DNA of 52,461 nucleotides, taken from Hormoscilla sp. Lineage in GTDB: Bacteria; Cyanobacteriota; Cyanobacteriia; Cyanobacteriales; Desertifilaceae. Numbering within the stretch: the first letter of the stretch is position 1; each line of letters begins with the position of its first letter. The position numbers were made by a program, and so were the translations under genes. The notes under the pieces are model-generated. The model was not told the DNA's origin, ran no database searches, and worked only from the letters and a program-made list of their open reading frames with translations. The stretch lies in contig JBFRWI010000072.1 of NCBI GenBank assembly GCA_051439505.1, positions 1 to 52,461 on the forward strand. Reading direction: 5' to 3'. Below are positions 1 to 9,054 of the stretch, piece by piece.

Positions 1-1440
1 ATCGCGGCTTATGGCCAAGCATTGTCAGTCTGGACTTTTGAGGCATTCCCCAAAGAATGGGCAACCGCGCAAAACAATCTCGGGTTAGCCTACTCTGACA
101 GAATAAAAGGAGATAAGGCAGAGAATATAGAACAGGCGATCGCGGCTTTGGGCCTGGCATTGTCAGTATATACATTCGAGGCATTCCCCCTTGATTGGGC
201 ATTGACGCAAAACAATCTCGGATCTGCCTACTGGCAAAGAATAAAAGGAGATAAGGCAGAGAATATAGAACAGGCGATCGCGGCTTATGGCCAAGTATTG
301 TCAGTATTGACGAAAGAGGCATACTCCCAATCTTGGGCATTGACGCAAAACAATCTCGGTACTGCTTACGATAACAGAATAAAAGGAGATAAGGCAGAGA
401 ATATAGAACAGGCGATCGCGGCTTATAGCCAGGCATTGTCAGTATTGACAAAAGAGGCATTCCCCCAAGATTGGGCAAGAACGCAAAACAATCTCGGGAA
501 TGCCTACAAAAACAGAATAAAAGGAGATAATGCCCAGAATATAGAACAGGCGCTAGCGGCTTCTGGCAAAGCATTGTCAGTATTGACAAAAGAGGCATTC
601 CCCCAAAAATGGGCAAGCACGCAAAACAATCTCGGATCTGCCTACTGGCAAAGAATAAAAGGAGATAAGGCAGAGAATATAGAACAGGCGCTCGCGGCTT
701 TTGGCCTGGCATTGTCAGTCAGGACAAAAGAGGCATTCCCCTTTGATTGGGCAGGGACGCAAAACAATCTCGGTGGTGCCTACATTGACAGAATAAAAGG
801 AGATAAGGCAGAGAATATAGAACAGGCGATCGCGGCTTTGGGCCAAGCATTGTCAGTCTGGACAAAAGAGGCATTCCCCTTTGATTGGGCATTGGCGCAA
901 AACAATCTCGGTGCTGCCTACAATAACAGAATCAAAGGAGATAAGGCTCAGAATATAGAACAGGCGATCGCGGCTTATGAAAAAGTCTTGTCAGTCTGGA
1001 CAAAAGAGGCATACCCCCAAAAATGGGCAGTGGCGCAAAACGGTCTCGGTATTGCCTACAATAACAGAATCAAAGGAGATAAGGCTCAGAATATAGAACA
1101 GGCGATCGCGGCTTATGGCCTGGCATTGTCAGTATATACATTGGAGGCATTCCCCCAAGTATGGGCAAAGGTGCAAAACAATCTCGGGTATGCCTACTGT
1201 GGCAGAATAAAAGGAGATCGGGCAGAGAATATAGAACAGGCGATCGCGGCTTTTGGCCAAGCATTGTCAGTCAGGACAAAAGAGGCATTCCCCCAAAATT
1301 GGGCAAGCACGCAAAACAATCTCGGGAATGCCTACTGTGGCAGAATAAAAGGAGATCGGGCAGAGAATGCAGAGAATATAGAACAGGCGATCGCGGCTTT
1401 TCGCCAAGCATTGTCAGTCCGCACTCCCCAAAACTTTCCC
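1..1440 (+). repeat. 120-bp intragenic tandem repeat array encoding the TPRs
   Basis: Near-identical units (caaaacaatctcgg...agaataaaaggagataaggcagagaatatagaacaggcgatcgcggct) recur every 120 bp. The last unit has a 9-bp duplication (AENAEN). Confidence 0.95.
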
Positions 1441-3222
1441 CTCAATTGCTTGCTAACGGGTCGCAGTTTAGGTAATCTAGGATTTTGCAGCGGCAATTGG
1501 GAAGTCGCCGTAGAAGGCTACGAACTCGCCATCGCTGCTGTCGAACAAAGCCGAAGCTGGGCAGCCACAGAGGAACGCCGCCAAGAAATTCTTAAAGAAT
1601 CCCTTGATGTTTATGAAAACATGGTGCAAGCCTGTATCAATCTCGGTCAACTGGATAAAGCCATCGAATATGTGGAACGTTCCCGTTCCCAGCGTCTGGT
1701 AGACTTGATGGCGAGTAACGACCTGTATCGCGGCGGAGAAATTCCTCCAGAAGTCGAAGAAAAATTGCAGGAATACGAAGCACTACAGCAAAAAATTAGC
1801 CAAGAACGCTCCCGTCAGCCCGGGGACAAGCAGGAAGAACGCGGTGCGACTACCCCCGCCGCGAGCAGCCGTCAAGGGCGCGCCGCCCACGACGCCTACA
1901 GCCAAGAAATCGCCCAGTTAGAAGCCCAGAAACAGCAGGTTTGGGAAGAACTGAGAAAGCGAGACTTTGAACTCGCCAGTCAGATTCAAGTTAGCCCTCT
2001 GAACATAGCAGCCATGCAGCGGTTGATTGCATCTCCCACCACTGCTTGCGGCGAGCGTAGTCGAACTGCGATCCTCAGTTTCTACACTACCGATGACCAT
2101 ACCCATATCTTTATCCTGCGCCAGAACCAAGCCCCACAGTTACACAGCTGCACGGGACAAGGGTATGGTACCTTGCAAAGGTGGATTGACGAAGACTGGA
2201 TACAACTCTATGCTGACTCACGTGACCCAGATAAATCACGACAAGAGCAAAAACAGCTAAGAACGCAATGGATTAGCCAGATGAGTGGTTTTCTCACCGA
2301 ACTTGCCCAGCGCCTGCAACTGGAGGCTCTAATCTCCCAGCATCTGGGGGACATCGAAGAATTAATCATAGTACCGCACCTGTATCTCCACCAAATACCC
2401 TTTGCCGCCTTACCCATCAATCAATCTGGAGAATACCTCATCGACAAGTTCATCCTGCGCACGGTTCCCAGTTGCCAAATCTTAGAATTTTGCCGCAGAC
2501 GCGATCCCATAGAAGGCTCCAGCAGTTCGACTACCCTCACTGCAAAGAGCTACGGTATAGTAGAAAATGCCACCGAAGACTTGCCCTACGCAGCCGTTGA
2601 ATGCTCCCAAATAGTCGGGATGTACGGCATTCCCGAGGACCAGCGCTTAAAAGGTCGCCAGGGGGCAACAGTAGAGAACTATCGGCAGTTAGCTTCACGA
2701 GTAAATGTTCTCCACTCCAGTCACCACGCCAAATCCCGCCTTGACAAGCCTCTGGAATCCTATCTACAGTTAGGAGATAGGGATATCACCTTGGGGGAAC
2801 TGATGAGTCCGGGTTGGCGCTTGCGAAATTTAGAGGAAGTATTTCTCTCTTGCTGCGAGACAGGTTTAGGCAAGACCGAAATCACCGATGATATAATTAC
2901 CATAGCCACAGGATTTTTGTGTGCGGGGGCCCGCAGCGTAGTGGGGACGCTGTGGGAAGTAAACGACGTAGCCACAGCGATCCTTTGCGTATACTATTAT
3001 GAGCAGCGGCAGGAGGGCAAGAGCCGATCGGAAGCCTTGCGATCGGCACAAATTTGGCTGCGGAATGTCGGTAAAGTAGAATTAGAAAAGTGGCTTGAGG
3101 ATCGGCAGATGCCACTGAAGCGTAGGCAAAGAGCAGACCTCAATCTGCGCGAGCTTAGTGATACAGACAAAGTATTCCAGAAGCCTTATCATTGGGCTGG
3201 CTTCTGTGCCGTTGGTTTATAA
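1..3222 (+). CDS. TPR-repeat + CHAT (caspase-HetF/separase-like) protease, 5'-truncated by the window edge
   Basis: About 12 tandem 40-aa repeats (WAxTQNNLGxAYxxRIKGDKAENIEQAIAA). C-terminal CHAT motifs LIIVPHLYLHQIPFAAL, LHSSHHA (His), LSCCETG (Cys), GARSVVGTLWEVND and PYHWAGF. The frame is open to base 1, so the true start lies upstream. Confidence 0.93.
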   Translation: MAAYGQALSVWTFEAFPKEWATAQNNLGLAYSDRIKGDKAENIEQAIAALGLALSVYTFEAFPLDWALTQNNLGSAYWQRIKGDKAENIEQAIAAYGQVLSVLTKEAYSQSWALTQNNLGTAYDNRIKGDKAENIEQAIAAYSQALSVLTKEAFPQDWARTQNNLGNAYKNRIKGDNAQNIEQALAASGKALSVLTKEAFPQKWASTQNNLGSAYWQRIKGDKAENIEQALAAFGLALSVRTKEAFPFDWAGTQNNLGGAYIDRIKGDKAENIEQAIAALGQALSVWTKEAFPFDWALAQNNLGAAYNNRIKGDKAQNIEQAIAAYEKVLSVWTKEAYPQKWAVAQNGLGIAYNNRIKGDKAQNIEQAIAAYGLALSVYTLEAFPQVWAKVQNNLGYAYCGRIKGDRAENIEQAIAAFGQALSVRTKEAFPQNWASTQNNLGNAYCGRIKGDRAENAENIEQAIAAFRQALSVRTPQNFPLNCLLTGRSLGNLGFCSGNWEVAVEGYELAIAAVEQSRSWAATEERRQEILKESLDVYENMVQACINLGQLDKAIEYVERSRSQRLVDLMASNDLYRGGEIPPEVEEKLQEYEALQQKISQERSRQPGDKQEERGATTPAASSRQGRAAHDAYSQEIAQLEAQKQQVWEELRKRDFELASQIQVSPLNIAAMQRLIASPTTACGERSRTAILSFYTTDDHTHIFILRQNQAPQLHSCTGQGYGTLQRWIDEDWIQLYADSRDPDKSRQEQKQLRTQWISQMSGFLTELAQRLQLEALISQHLGDIEELIIVPHLYLHQIPFAALPINQSGEYLIDKFILRTVPSCQILEFCRRRDPIEGSSSSTTLTAKSYGIVENATEDLPYAAVECSQIVGMYGIPEDQRLKGRQGATVENYRQLASRVNVLHSSHHAKSRLDKPLESYLQLGDRDITLGELMSPGWRLRNLEEVFLSCCETGLGKTEITDDIITIATGFLCAGARSVVGTLWEVNDVATAILCVYYYEQRQEGKSRSEALRSAQIWLRNVGKVELEKWLEDRQMPLKRRQRADLNLRELSDTDKVFQKPYHWAGFCAVGL
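2044..2067 (+). repeat. 24-bp SDR-like small dispersed repeat inserted in frame in the CHAT gene
   Basis: actgc-ttgcggcgagcgtagtcga-actgc; adds ACGERSRT within SPTT..AILSFY. The gagcgtagtcgaa core resembles cyanobacterial small dispersed repeats. Confidence 0.6.
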
Positions 3223-3231
3223 TGGAGGAAC

Positions 3232-3591
3232 ATGACCATGTCAAACATGTTAAATCAGAATACAATAGATGAGTTTGGAGAAGATGAACAGAGCATTGTC
3301 GCCTTTGTCCATCTCTATCAAACTCAGCCAGAACTCTTTTCAGACTACCAGAGCAGTCTAGCTGAACTATGCGACAATCTGCCAGACGATATAGAGGCAA
3401 TCTCTGAAAAAATCCTAGAATGGTGTGAAGATGACGCTCCCAAGGTGTATCCTGAATTGGTTAAACTTCTTTCCGAGACTATCAGGGGACCGGGGGGCAG
3501 GAAAAACCTGAACGTAGAACAAGCCAAAGATCTGGTAAATAATGGTATCCGCAAAAGCATTCCCGATCGGGGTGTGGTCAAAAACAGTTGA
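3232..3591 (+). CDS. Small acidic helical protein co-transcribed with the CHAT protease
   Basis: SD ggagg upstream; starts 9 bp after the CHAT stop; 119 aa; contains SETIRGPGG. Confidence 0.8.
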   Translation: MTMSNMLNQNTIDEFGEDEQSIVAFVHLYQTQPELFSDYQSSLAELCDNLPDDIEAISEKILEWCEDDAPKVYPELVKLLSETIRGPGGRKNLNVEQAKDLVNNGIRKSIPDRGVVKNS

Positions 3592-3617
3592 TCGTTCGGG
3601 GGGCCCTCCCAGTCGCC

Positions 3618-3684
3618 GGATCCCCCCTAACCCCCCGCTAGATTGGGGGGGACCGCTTAAAAAGGGGGGGCTTGGGGGGGATCC
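3618..3684. repeat. GC-rich palindromic intergenic repeat
   Basis: ggatccccccta-acccccc...gggggggcttgggggggatcc; C-run and G-run arms. Confidence 0.6.
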
Positions 3685-3718
3685 TCTACAACTACTTTTG
3701 ACCACACCCGCCCAAAAA

Positions 3719-5161
3719 ATGACGACAATAAACCCAAATCAAAAACTTCGCAATCCTAGTCTCACCCTCTACGCCTTCCACCTGCGCTCCGACATCAGTA
3801 AAATTCCCCAGAAAGAGGAAGCTGAGCGTTGGTGGAAGCAATTGGAGAAATTATCGCAACCGCTTCAGGTTCCCGAACTTCGTACCCTGGGGGACAAACT
3901 GATCTGCTACCAAAACGGTCAATACGACCCCAACGCAGAAGACGAACCGTTATTCGGGAATTTAAGCCTATTGCGTCCAGGAGAACAGATTGATTTACCA
4001 AAAGTACGCCAGTTGAGTCCTCAGTTAGGTTCTCTGGAACGGGGTACAATGTTTGAACCATTCCGGATCAACGATACCTATGCCACAGACCTGACCCTAT
4101 ACTATGAGGAAGGCACTCTCCCAATTTTCAAGCTTGGATCTTATTTGAATCCCCAAAACTGTCTGCTACCCCAAAATATGCAAGCATCCCTGGGTCAAAC
4201 CCTGGTTTTGCTTGCCGAACCGGTAGGGGAGGTTGAGGATTATGAACTCTTAGCTTCCGAGTGCGTCGCCCAGTTGCTACAGGGAACAAACCAACCCCAA
4301 CTAATTGCCAGAGGAGTCCTCTGCGGCAGCCAACTTTTTGAATACGATACCCAGGAGTCAGACCCAAGTAAAAGATGCCATATTTGGGTGTGGTTCGGTC
4401 GGGAAGAATCCCTAGACATGATACAGGAGGCATCAGGCTACCTGCTAAATTTGCTCTGTTGCCGCCACAAAATCCTCTACATCGAGTATCAATCTCGATA
4501 CTGCAATCAGCAAGCTCGCGAACTATATAGCCGGTTGGAGGAACGCATCAAATTAATACTTCAGCTAAGCGATGCAGTAACGGAACGGGTCGAGCAATTG
4601 AAAGAGTGGCTAGTAGAACTGCCGGAAAAGCAACTGAGGTACGAGCATTTCTTGCGAGACATGGAAGACCATAAAACTGCGATGGCAGTCAATCTTGATA
4701 ACTATATGAAACTCTTGAATAGTATACCAGATAATGAGGGAGATGACAGATATTTTATCGAGAAATTTTGGAATCTAACGGAAAGGAAATATCAGCGGCA
4801 AATAGAAGTCGATATGAGTTTCTTGGCACCAGGGCGCTCGTTATTTACCCAGTTTGTTGCTACAATTAGAGGGTTGGTAGATATCGAAACGCAAAAAGTA
4901 CTGCAAAAACAAGAAGAGGGCGATCGGAGCCTAGAAAGAACCATCCAGGTGGTGGGAGTAGGTTTGGGGGTAGGGGGAATTGTTGGATCTAGTTCCGGTC
5001 AGATCGACAAGGAATTGAAACAGTCTTTTGGGATTGAAAACCCTTATCCATTTTTTGTTCCTTTATCCTTGAATGTCTTCGTTGCCCTAGCAGCAGCAGG
5101 GATAACTTGGTGGTTAACTCGACCAAAACGCGATCGGCCTAAAAGCCCTGACAAAAAGTAG
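3719..5161 (+). CDS. Hypothetical protein with long helical region and two C-terminal TM helices (CorA-like topology; candidate effector)
   Basis: Likely start ATG 3719 (MTTINP..LRNPSLTLYAFHL); the ORF-track extension crosses a repeat. TM segments TIQVVGVGLGVGGIVG and FFVPLSLNVFVALAAAGITWWL. Confidence 0.8.
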   Translation: MTTINPNQKLRNPSLTLYAFHLRSDISKIPQKEEAERWWKQLEKLSQPLQVPELRTLGDKLICYQNGQYDPNAEDEPLFGNLSLLRPGEQIDLPKVRQLSPQLGSLERGTMFEPFRINDTYATDLTLYYEEGTLPIFKLGSYLNPQNCLLPQNMQASLGQTLVLLAEPVGEVEDYELLASECVAQLLQGTNQPQLIARGVLCGSQLFEYDTQESDPSKRCHIWVWFGREESLDMIQEASGYLLNLLCCRHKILYIEYQSRYCNQQARELYSRLEERIKLILQLSDAVTERVEQLKEWLVELPEKQLRYEHFLRDMEDHKTAMAVNLDNYMKLLNSIPDNEGDDRYFIEKFWNLTERKYQRQIEVDMSFLAPGRSLFTQFVATIRGLVDIETQKVLQKQEEGDRSLERTIQVVGVGLGVGGIVGSSSGQIDKELKQSFGIENPYPFFVPLSLNVFVALAAAGITWWLTRPKRDRPKSPDKK

Positions 5162-5165
5162 GGAA

Positions 5166-5199
5166 GGCGTTGCACATTTTTGGGATGATAGCAGTCAAT
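5166..5199 (+). repeat. MITE-like end (GGCGTTGCACATTTTTGGGATGAT family)
   Basis: 33/34 identical to 52317-52350. Confidence 0.65.
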
Positions 5200-5266
5200 G
5201 GTTGCAAATTGCAAATTGCAAATTGAAAAGCCAGTATAGCCTCGTCCCCTGGCTTCGCCTGGGAAC

Positions 5267-5291
5267 GCCGGGGTTTGAACCCCGGGCGGGC
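5267..5291. repeat. REP-like hairpin, partial copy of the double-hairpin family
   Basis: gccggggtttgaaccccgggcgggc. Confidence 0.6.
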
Positions 5292-5380
5292 GGCGCAGCG
5301 AAGTAAATAAGTGCGGTGCGATGTGGGAATCTCGCCCGGGCCAGCGGGCATTGTGATATCATTTCATTAAAGATCTGATA

Positions 5381-5616
5381 CAAGACTTCTCGGTTAAGAA
5401 TATAGGTTGTCATTGCGAGGGGGGGGGTACTCCGCGATTAACTTCTGCGCCGATAGAGTAACCCCCCCCCCGAAGCAATCTTCCCGCCCAGTATGATATG
5501 AAAAACACTTCTGCGTCATCGGTGAGATTGCTTCGGGGGATTGATCGCGACGCTCCCTAAATGATCAGTTTGGGCATCCCCCCTCGCAATGACAGATTGT
5601 ATCCCTTGAAGTATTG
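5381..5616. mobile_element. MITE copy 1 with internal GTCATTGCGAG...CTCGCAATGAC palindrome
   Basis: Ends caagacttctcggttaag and cccttgaagtattg; flanked by 10-bp direct repeat agatctgata (5371-5380, 5617-5626). Confidence 0.85.
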
Positions 5617-5661
5617 AGATCTGATAGACTTAACGGTAGCAGGGATAATCAGGAGGCACCG

Positions 5662-5874
5662 CAATATTTCTCGGTTAAGCATCAGAGGCTGTCATTGCGA
5701 GGGGGGGGGTATGTAGCGATTAACTTATGGGAAATCTCCTTAACCCCCCGAAGCAATCCCCTCGCGAGCGTAACAGACTCGGTGAGATTGCTTCGGGGGA
5801 TTGTTTCGGGGGCCAACAAATAGTTAGTTGGGCATCCCCCCTCGCAATGACAAGTTGTATCCCTTGAAGTATTG
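5662..5874. mobile_element. MITE copy 2
   Basis: Same ends (caatatttctcggttaag, cccttgaagtattg) and internal palindromes; no clear TSD. Confidence 0.8.
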
Positions 5875-5921
5875 AGGCGGATCCTCTTAATGAGGGTAAA
5901 ACGCTTTCTCTATAATGTTTT

Positions 5922-5978
5922 CAGTCGGTTTCAACCGACTTTAGCTATTAGCCGGGGGTGGGATCCCCCCGGGCGGGC
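5922..5978. repeat. Double-hairpin REP-like repeat
   Basis: agtcggtttcaaccgact-ttagctatta-gccggggg...cccccgggcgggc; same family at 24221, 35638, 38710 and 45776. Confidence 0.8.
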
Positions 5979-6042
5979 TAACAGCGAAGTGAATAGGTGC
6001 GATCGGGCTTCCTCAGGCAAACCAAGGGGATGGGCTAATAGC

Positions 6043-7665
6043 TTAAAAAGAAAGGACCATGCGGATAGTACCCGAGACAATACTGTCGTTATCATCCTGG
6101 TTGCCAGCATTAGTAATCAACTGCACTAAAGGAGTGATCCGGATATTATCGTTAACGGGAAAATTATAGAAAACTTCAAAATTAGTCTGAGTAGAATTTC
6201 CCAATTCATTAGCAATAAAGGGCTGACTGGCGGCAAAACCAGCCAAAGATCCAGGCACGAAGAGGTCTCTCAAGGCGAACCCGGCCATCCAATAATTAGG
6301 CTTGACATCACCAAAGGTAGTGTCATCGTAACTGCCATAGCCGTAACGACCAAACAGCCCCAACTTTTCCGAGAAAGTAAATTCCAGATTAACCCCGAAA
6401 ACATCAAAACGTCGATCGAAGAGTTCGCCGCCGCTATACTGAAGACGGAGAGCAAAACTGCTAGAGGGTTTGAATTCTAGTTCCACCATGCTTTGGTAAA
6501 AATCGCCGAATAATCCCAGTTCGCCCTCCTCTCCGGGATAGAGTAATTCGGTAAACGCTGCCAAACCAAACCCGATCGTGCCTTCTCCAGGATCGGCAGC
6601 ACCGGGTGCCGCATATAAGGCCCGCAACCGGAATGGTCCCTCCCCAGGGTTCCAATTAATTGCGGCACCGCCATTGCCACCAAAGACCGGAAACAGGATA
6701 TAATTGTTAATCATAGCCAGGGTGGAAAAGTCGAAGAAGCAAAGGTTGGCGTAGCTATTAGTATCGATGTAATCCGTAGGCACGATCGAGGGTCCGACAT
6801 CTAATCGGAAATTATCAAAGGGGGTAAAGCTATAGTAAAGTCGAGCCAGGACAAACTCGCCGTCAGTGGGAGGTTTGAGAGAGTAGTCCAGAGCACTAGC
6901 AAAAAATGGCTCCAGGACTGCCGCTGCATTATCCAGGGCCCCACCAGTGCCAGCCTCAATGCGGATTTTCAGCAAGTCCGTTCCGACGAAACTGGTGTCG
7001 AGATCCAAGGTCGCCCGAGAGATCGTCGTCGCCTGGGGGTCGCCACGAGCAATTTCGGCACCGGTCCCATCCAGGATCCGATCGCCATTAAAGCCACCCG
7101 CACTAGCGGCCATGAGGACAAAACCTGCCATAGTAGTAGTAGTGGAGAACTGATTGGCTTCCAGTTCCGCAGTGCGAGCTGACAGAGAGTCTACGCGACC
7201 CCGCAAAGTTGCTAACTCGGCGACAAACTCTTCCTGGAGCCGTTGTAATATAGTCAGGTCATTGCGAGAAATCTGGGCCGCAGCACCTGCCCCAATCAGC
7301 TCTTCGATCCGGTTGAGCGCTATATTCAAAGCAGCGGCAAATTCATAACGAGTCATAGAGCGGTTGCCCCCGAAGCTATTGTCAAGATAGCTGAAATCTA
7401 TGCCATAGCGCTCGATCAAAGACCGTAGTGCTTGGTACGCCCAGTCTGTAGGCTGTACGTCCGTGAGTTCCGTCACCGAAGTCACACCTCCCTCCAATCT
7501 GGTGCGGGTCGGTAAACGCCTTTGGGCGATCGCATTTTTGTCAGCCAATGTTGGCCTGGTGGAATCTTCGGGGAAAATCTCCGCAGCTTGTCCTATCCTA
7601 GGAGCCTGGAGATTTATACTCAGTCCGCCCAGACCGAGGGCAAGGTACAAATAAATCTTGTTCAT
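6043..7665 (-). CDS. SLH-domain outer-membrane porin (OprB/SomAB-like, 'iron uptake porin' family)
   Basis: Signal peptide; SLH motif DVQPTDWAYQALRSLIERYG..TRYEFAAAL; coiled coil ELEANQFSTTT; C-terminal EVFYNFPVNDNIRITP ending in Phe. Confidence 0.92.
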   Translation of the reverse strand: MNKIYLYLALGLGGLSINLQAPRIGQAAEIFPEDSTRPTLADKNAIAQRRLPTRTRLEGGVTSVTELTDVQPTDWAYQALRSLIERYGIDFSYLDNSFGGNRSMTRYEFAAALNIALNRIEELIGAGAAAQISRNDLTILQRLQEEFVAELATLRGRVDSLSARTAELEANQFSTTTTMAGFVLMAASAGGFNGDRILDGTGAEIARGDPQATTISRATLDLDTSFVGTDLLKIRIEAGTGGALDNAAAVLEPFFASALDYSLKPPTDGEFVLARLYYSFTPFDNFRLDVGPSIVPTDYIDTNSYANLCFFDFSTLAMINNYILFPVFGGNGGAAINWNPGEGPFRLRALYAAPGAADPGEGTIGFGLAAFTELLYPGEEGELGLFGDFYQSMVELEFKPSSSFALRLQYSGGELFDRRFDVFGVNLEFTFSEKLGLFGRYGYGSYDDTTFGDVKPNYWMAGFALRDLFVPGSLAGFAASQPFIANELGNSTQTNFEVFYNFPVNDNIRITPLVQLITNAGNQDDNDSIVSGTIRMVLSF

Positions 7666-7732
7666 ATGCTGCTATCTTCATGGAACATTTAAGTATGGGG
7701 TAATCATATAATAAGGCCAGGGCAAAGCTCAG

Positions 7733-7755
7733 AATTGTAACGTATCGTTACAATT
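7733..7755. promoter_or_regulatory. Palindromic candidate operator between the divergent porin and fbp genes
   Basis: AATTGTAACG-tat-CGTTACAATT, perfect 10-bp arms. Confidence 0.5.
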
Positions 7756-7932
7756 AGCTCACTCAGGAGTGGGAAGAATCTTTAATTGATATTAAGGTTA
7801 GGGAGCTTTGGGGATAGGTTTCCTAAGATAGGGAGAAAGGTAAGGATCGGGAGGTGTGACGCCAAGGGAGGGGTGAGACCCCACAATGGGCCATCGCCAG
7901 ACCGAGTGGCAATCAAGCAGGAAGAAAAAAAC

Positions 7933-8976
7933 ATGGTAGATACCCATGTAGAGAAAGCGGATATTGAGGCCCTAGACAGGGATTGCATGACCCTGTCTCG
8001 TCACGTATTACAGCAGTTGCAGAGCTTCTCGCCAGACGCGCAAGATTTAAGTGCGCTGATGAATAGGATCGCCCTGGCAGGGAAGATCGTATCCCGCCGC
8101 CTGTCGCGATCGGGTTTATTAGAGAATGTCCTGGGATTTACAGGAACGGTAAACGTGCAGGGAGAATCCGTCAAAAAGATGGATGTATATGCCAATGACG
8201 TATTTATATCGGTGTTCAAGCAGAGTGGGTTAGTATGCCGCCTGGCTTCCGAGGAAATGGAAAAACCATATTATATCCCGGAAAATTGCCCGATCGGGCG
8301 TCAGACACTGATCTATGACCCGATCGATGGTTCTTCCAACCTGGACGCGAATCTGAGTGTAGGTTCGATCTTCGCGATCCGCCAGCAAGAAGGGATAGAT
8401 TTAGATGAAAGTGCAGCGGACTTGCTAGCCAATGGACGGAAACAAATAGCGGCAGGTTATATTCTGTATGGCCCCAGTACAATGCTAGTATACTCGCTCG
8501 GCACGGGGGTGCATAGCTTCACGCTAGACCCCAGCTTGGGTGAGTTTATCCTCAGTCAGGAAAATATCCAAACTCCAGCCCACGGTGCGATCTATAGTGT
8601 AAACGAGGGCAACTTCTGGCAGTGGGATGAATCGATGCGGGAATATATCCGCTACGTGCATCGCCATGAAGGATATACGGCTCGTTATGGAGGAGCGCTG
8701 GTGGGAGACTTCCATCGGATACTATTCCAGGGGGGAGTATTTTTGTATCCCGGGACGGTGAAGAAACCAGAGGGCAAATTGCGATTGCTATACGAATCAG
8801 CACCCTTAGCTTTTTTAATGGAGCAGGCGGGAGGAAGGGCCAGCACGGGCACTCAGGATATTCTGGACGTGGTGCCAGATAAACTGCATGCCAGAACGCC
8901 GCTGATTATTGGCAGTAAAGATGATGTAGCCCTGGTAGAATCATTCGTGAAGAAAGGGGCAGCGGTGAGCGTTTAG
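7933..8976 (+). CDS. fbp: Fructose-1,6-bisphosphatase class I
   Basis: [31 protein letters not shown]; likely start ATG 7933. Confidence 0.97.
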   Translation: MVDTHVEKADIEALDRDCMTLSRHVLQQLQSFSPDAQDLSALMNRIALAGKIVSRRLSRSGLLENVLGFTGTVNVQGESVKKMDVYANDVFISVFKQSGLVCRLASEEMEKPYYIPENCPIGRQTLIYDPIDGSSNLDANLSVGSIFAIRQQEGIDLDESAADLLANGRKQIAAGYILYGPSTMLVYSLGTGVHSFTLDPSLGEFILSQENIQTPAHGAIYSVNEGNFWQWDESMREYIRYVHRHEGYTARYGGALVGDFHRILFQGGVFLYPGTVKKPEGKLRLLYESAPLAFLMEQAGGRASTGTQDILDVVPDKLHARTPLIIGSKDDVALVESFVKKGAAVSV

Positions 8977-9054
8977 AAATTAGTTAGTATGGATAATTGA
9001 CAATTGTCAATTGAGAAATGTTGTTACAGACCAGAACACACCAGAGGAGTAAAC

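Noticed and set aside
3542..3718. N-terminal extension of the 539-aa ORF
   Set aside because: It overlaps the upstream gene and crosses a GC palindrome giving Pro/Gly-rich sequence; ATG 3719 is preferred.
7737..7752. NtcA box
   Set aside because: The spacing is GTA-N9-TAC, not N8; retained only as an unassigned palindrome.
7786..7932. N-terminal extension of fbp (similarly tal 9004-9054 and RsbW-like 30348-30452)
   Set aside because: Family similarity and plausible ribosome-binding sites begin at the downstream ATGs.
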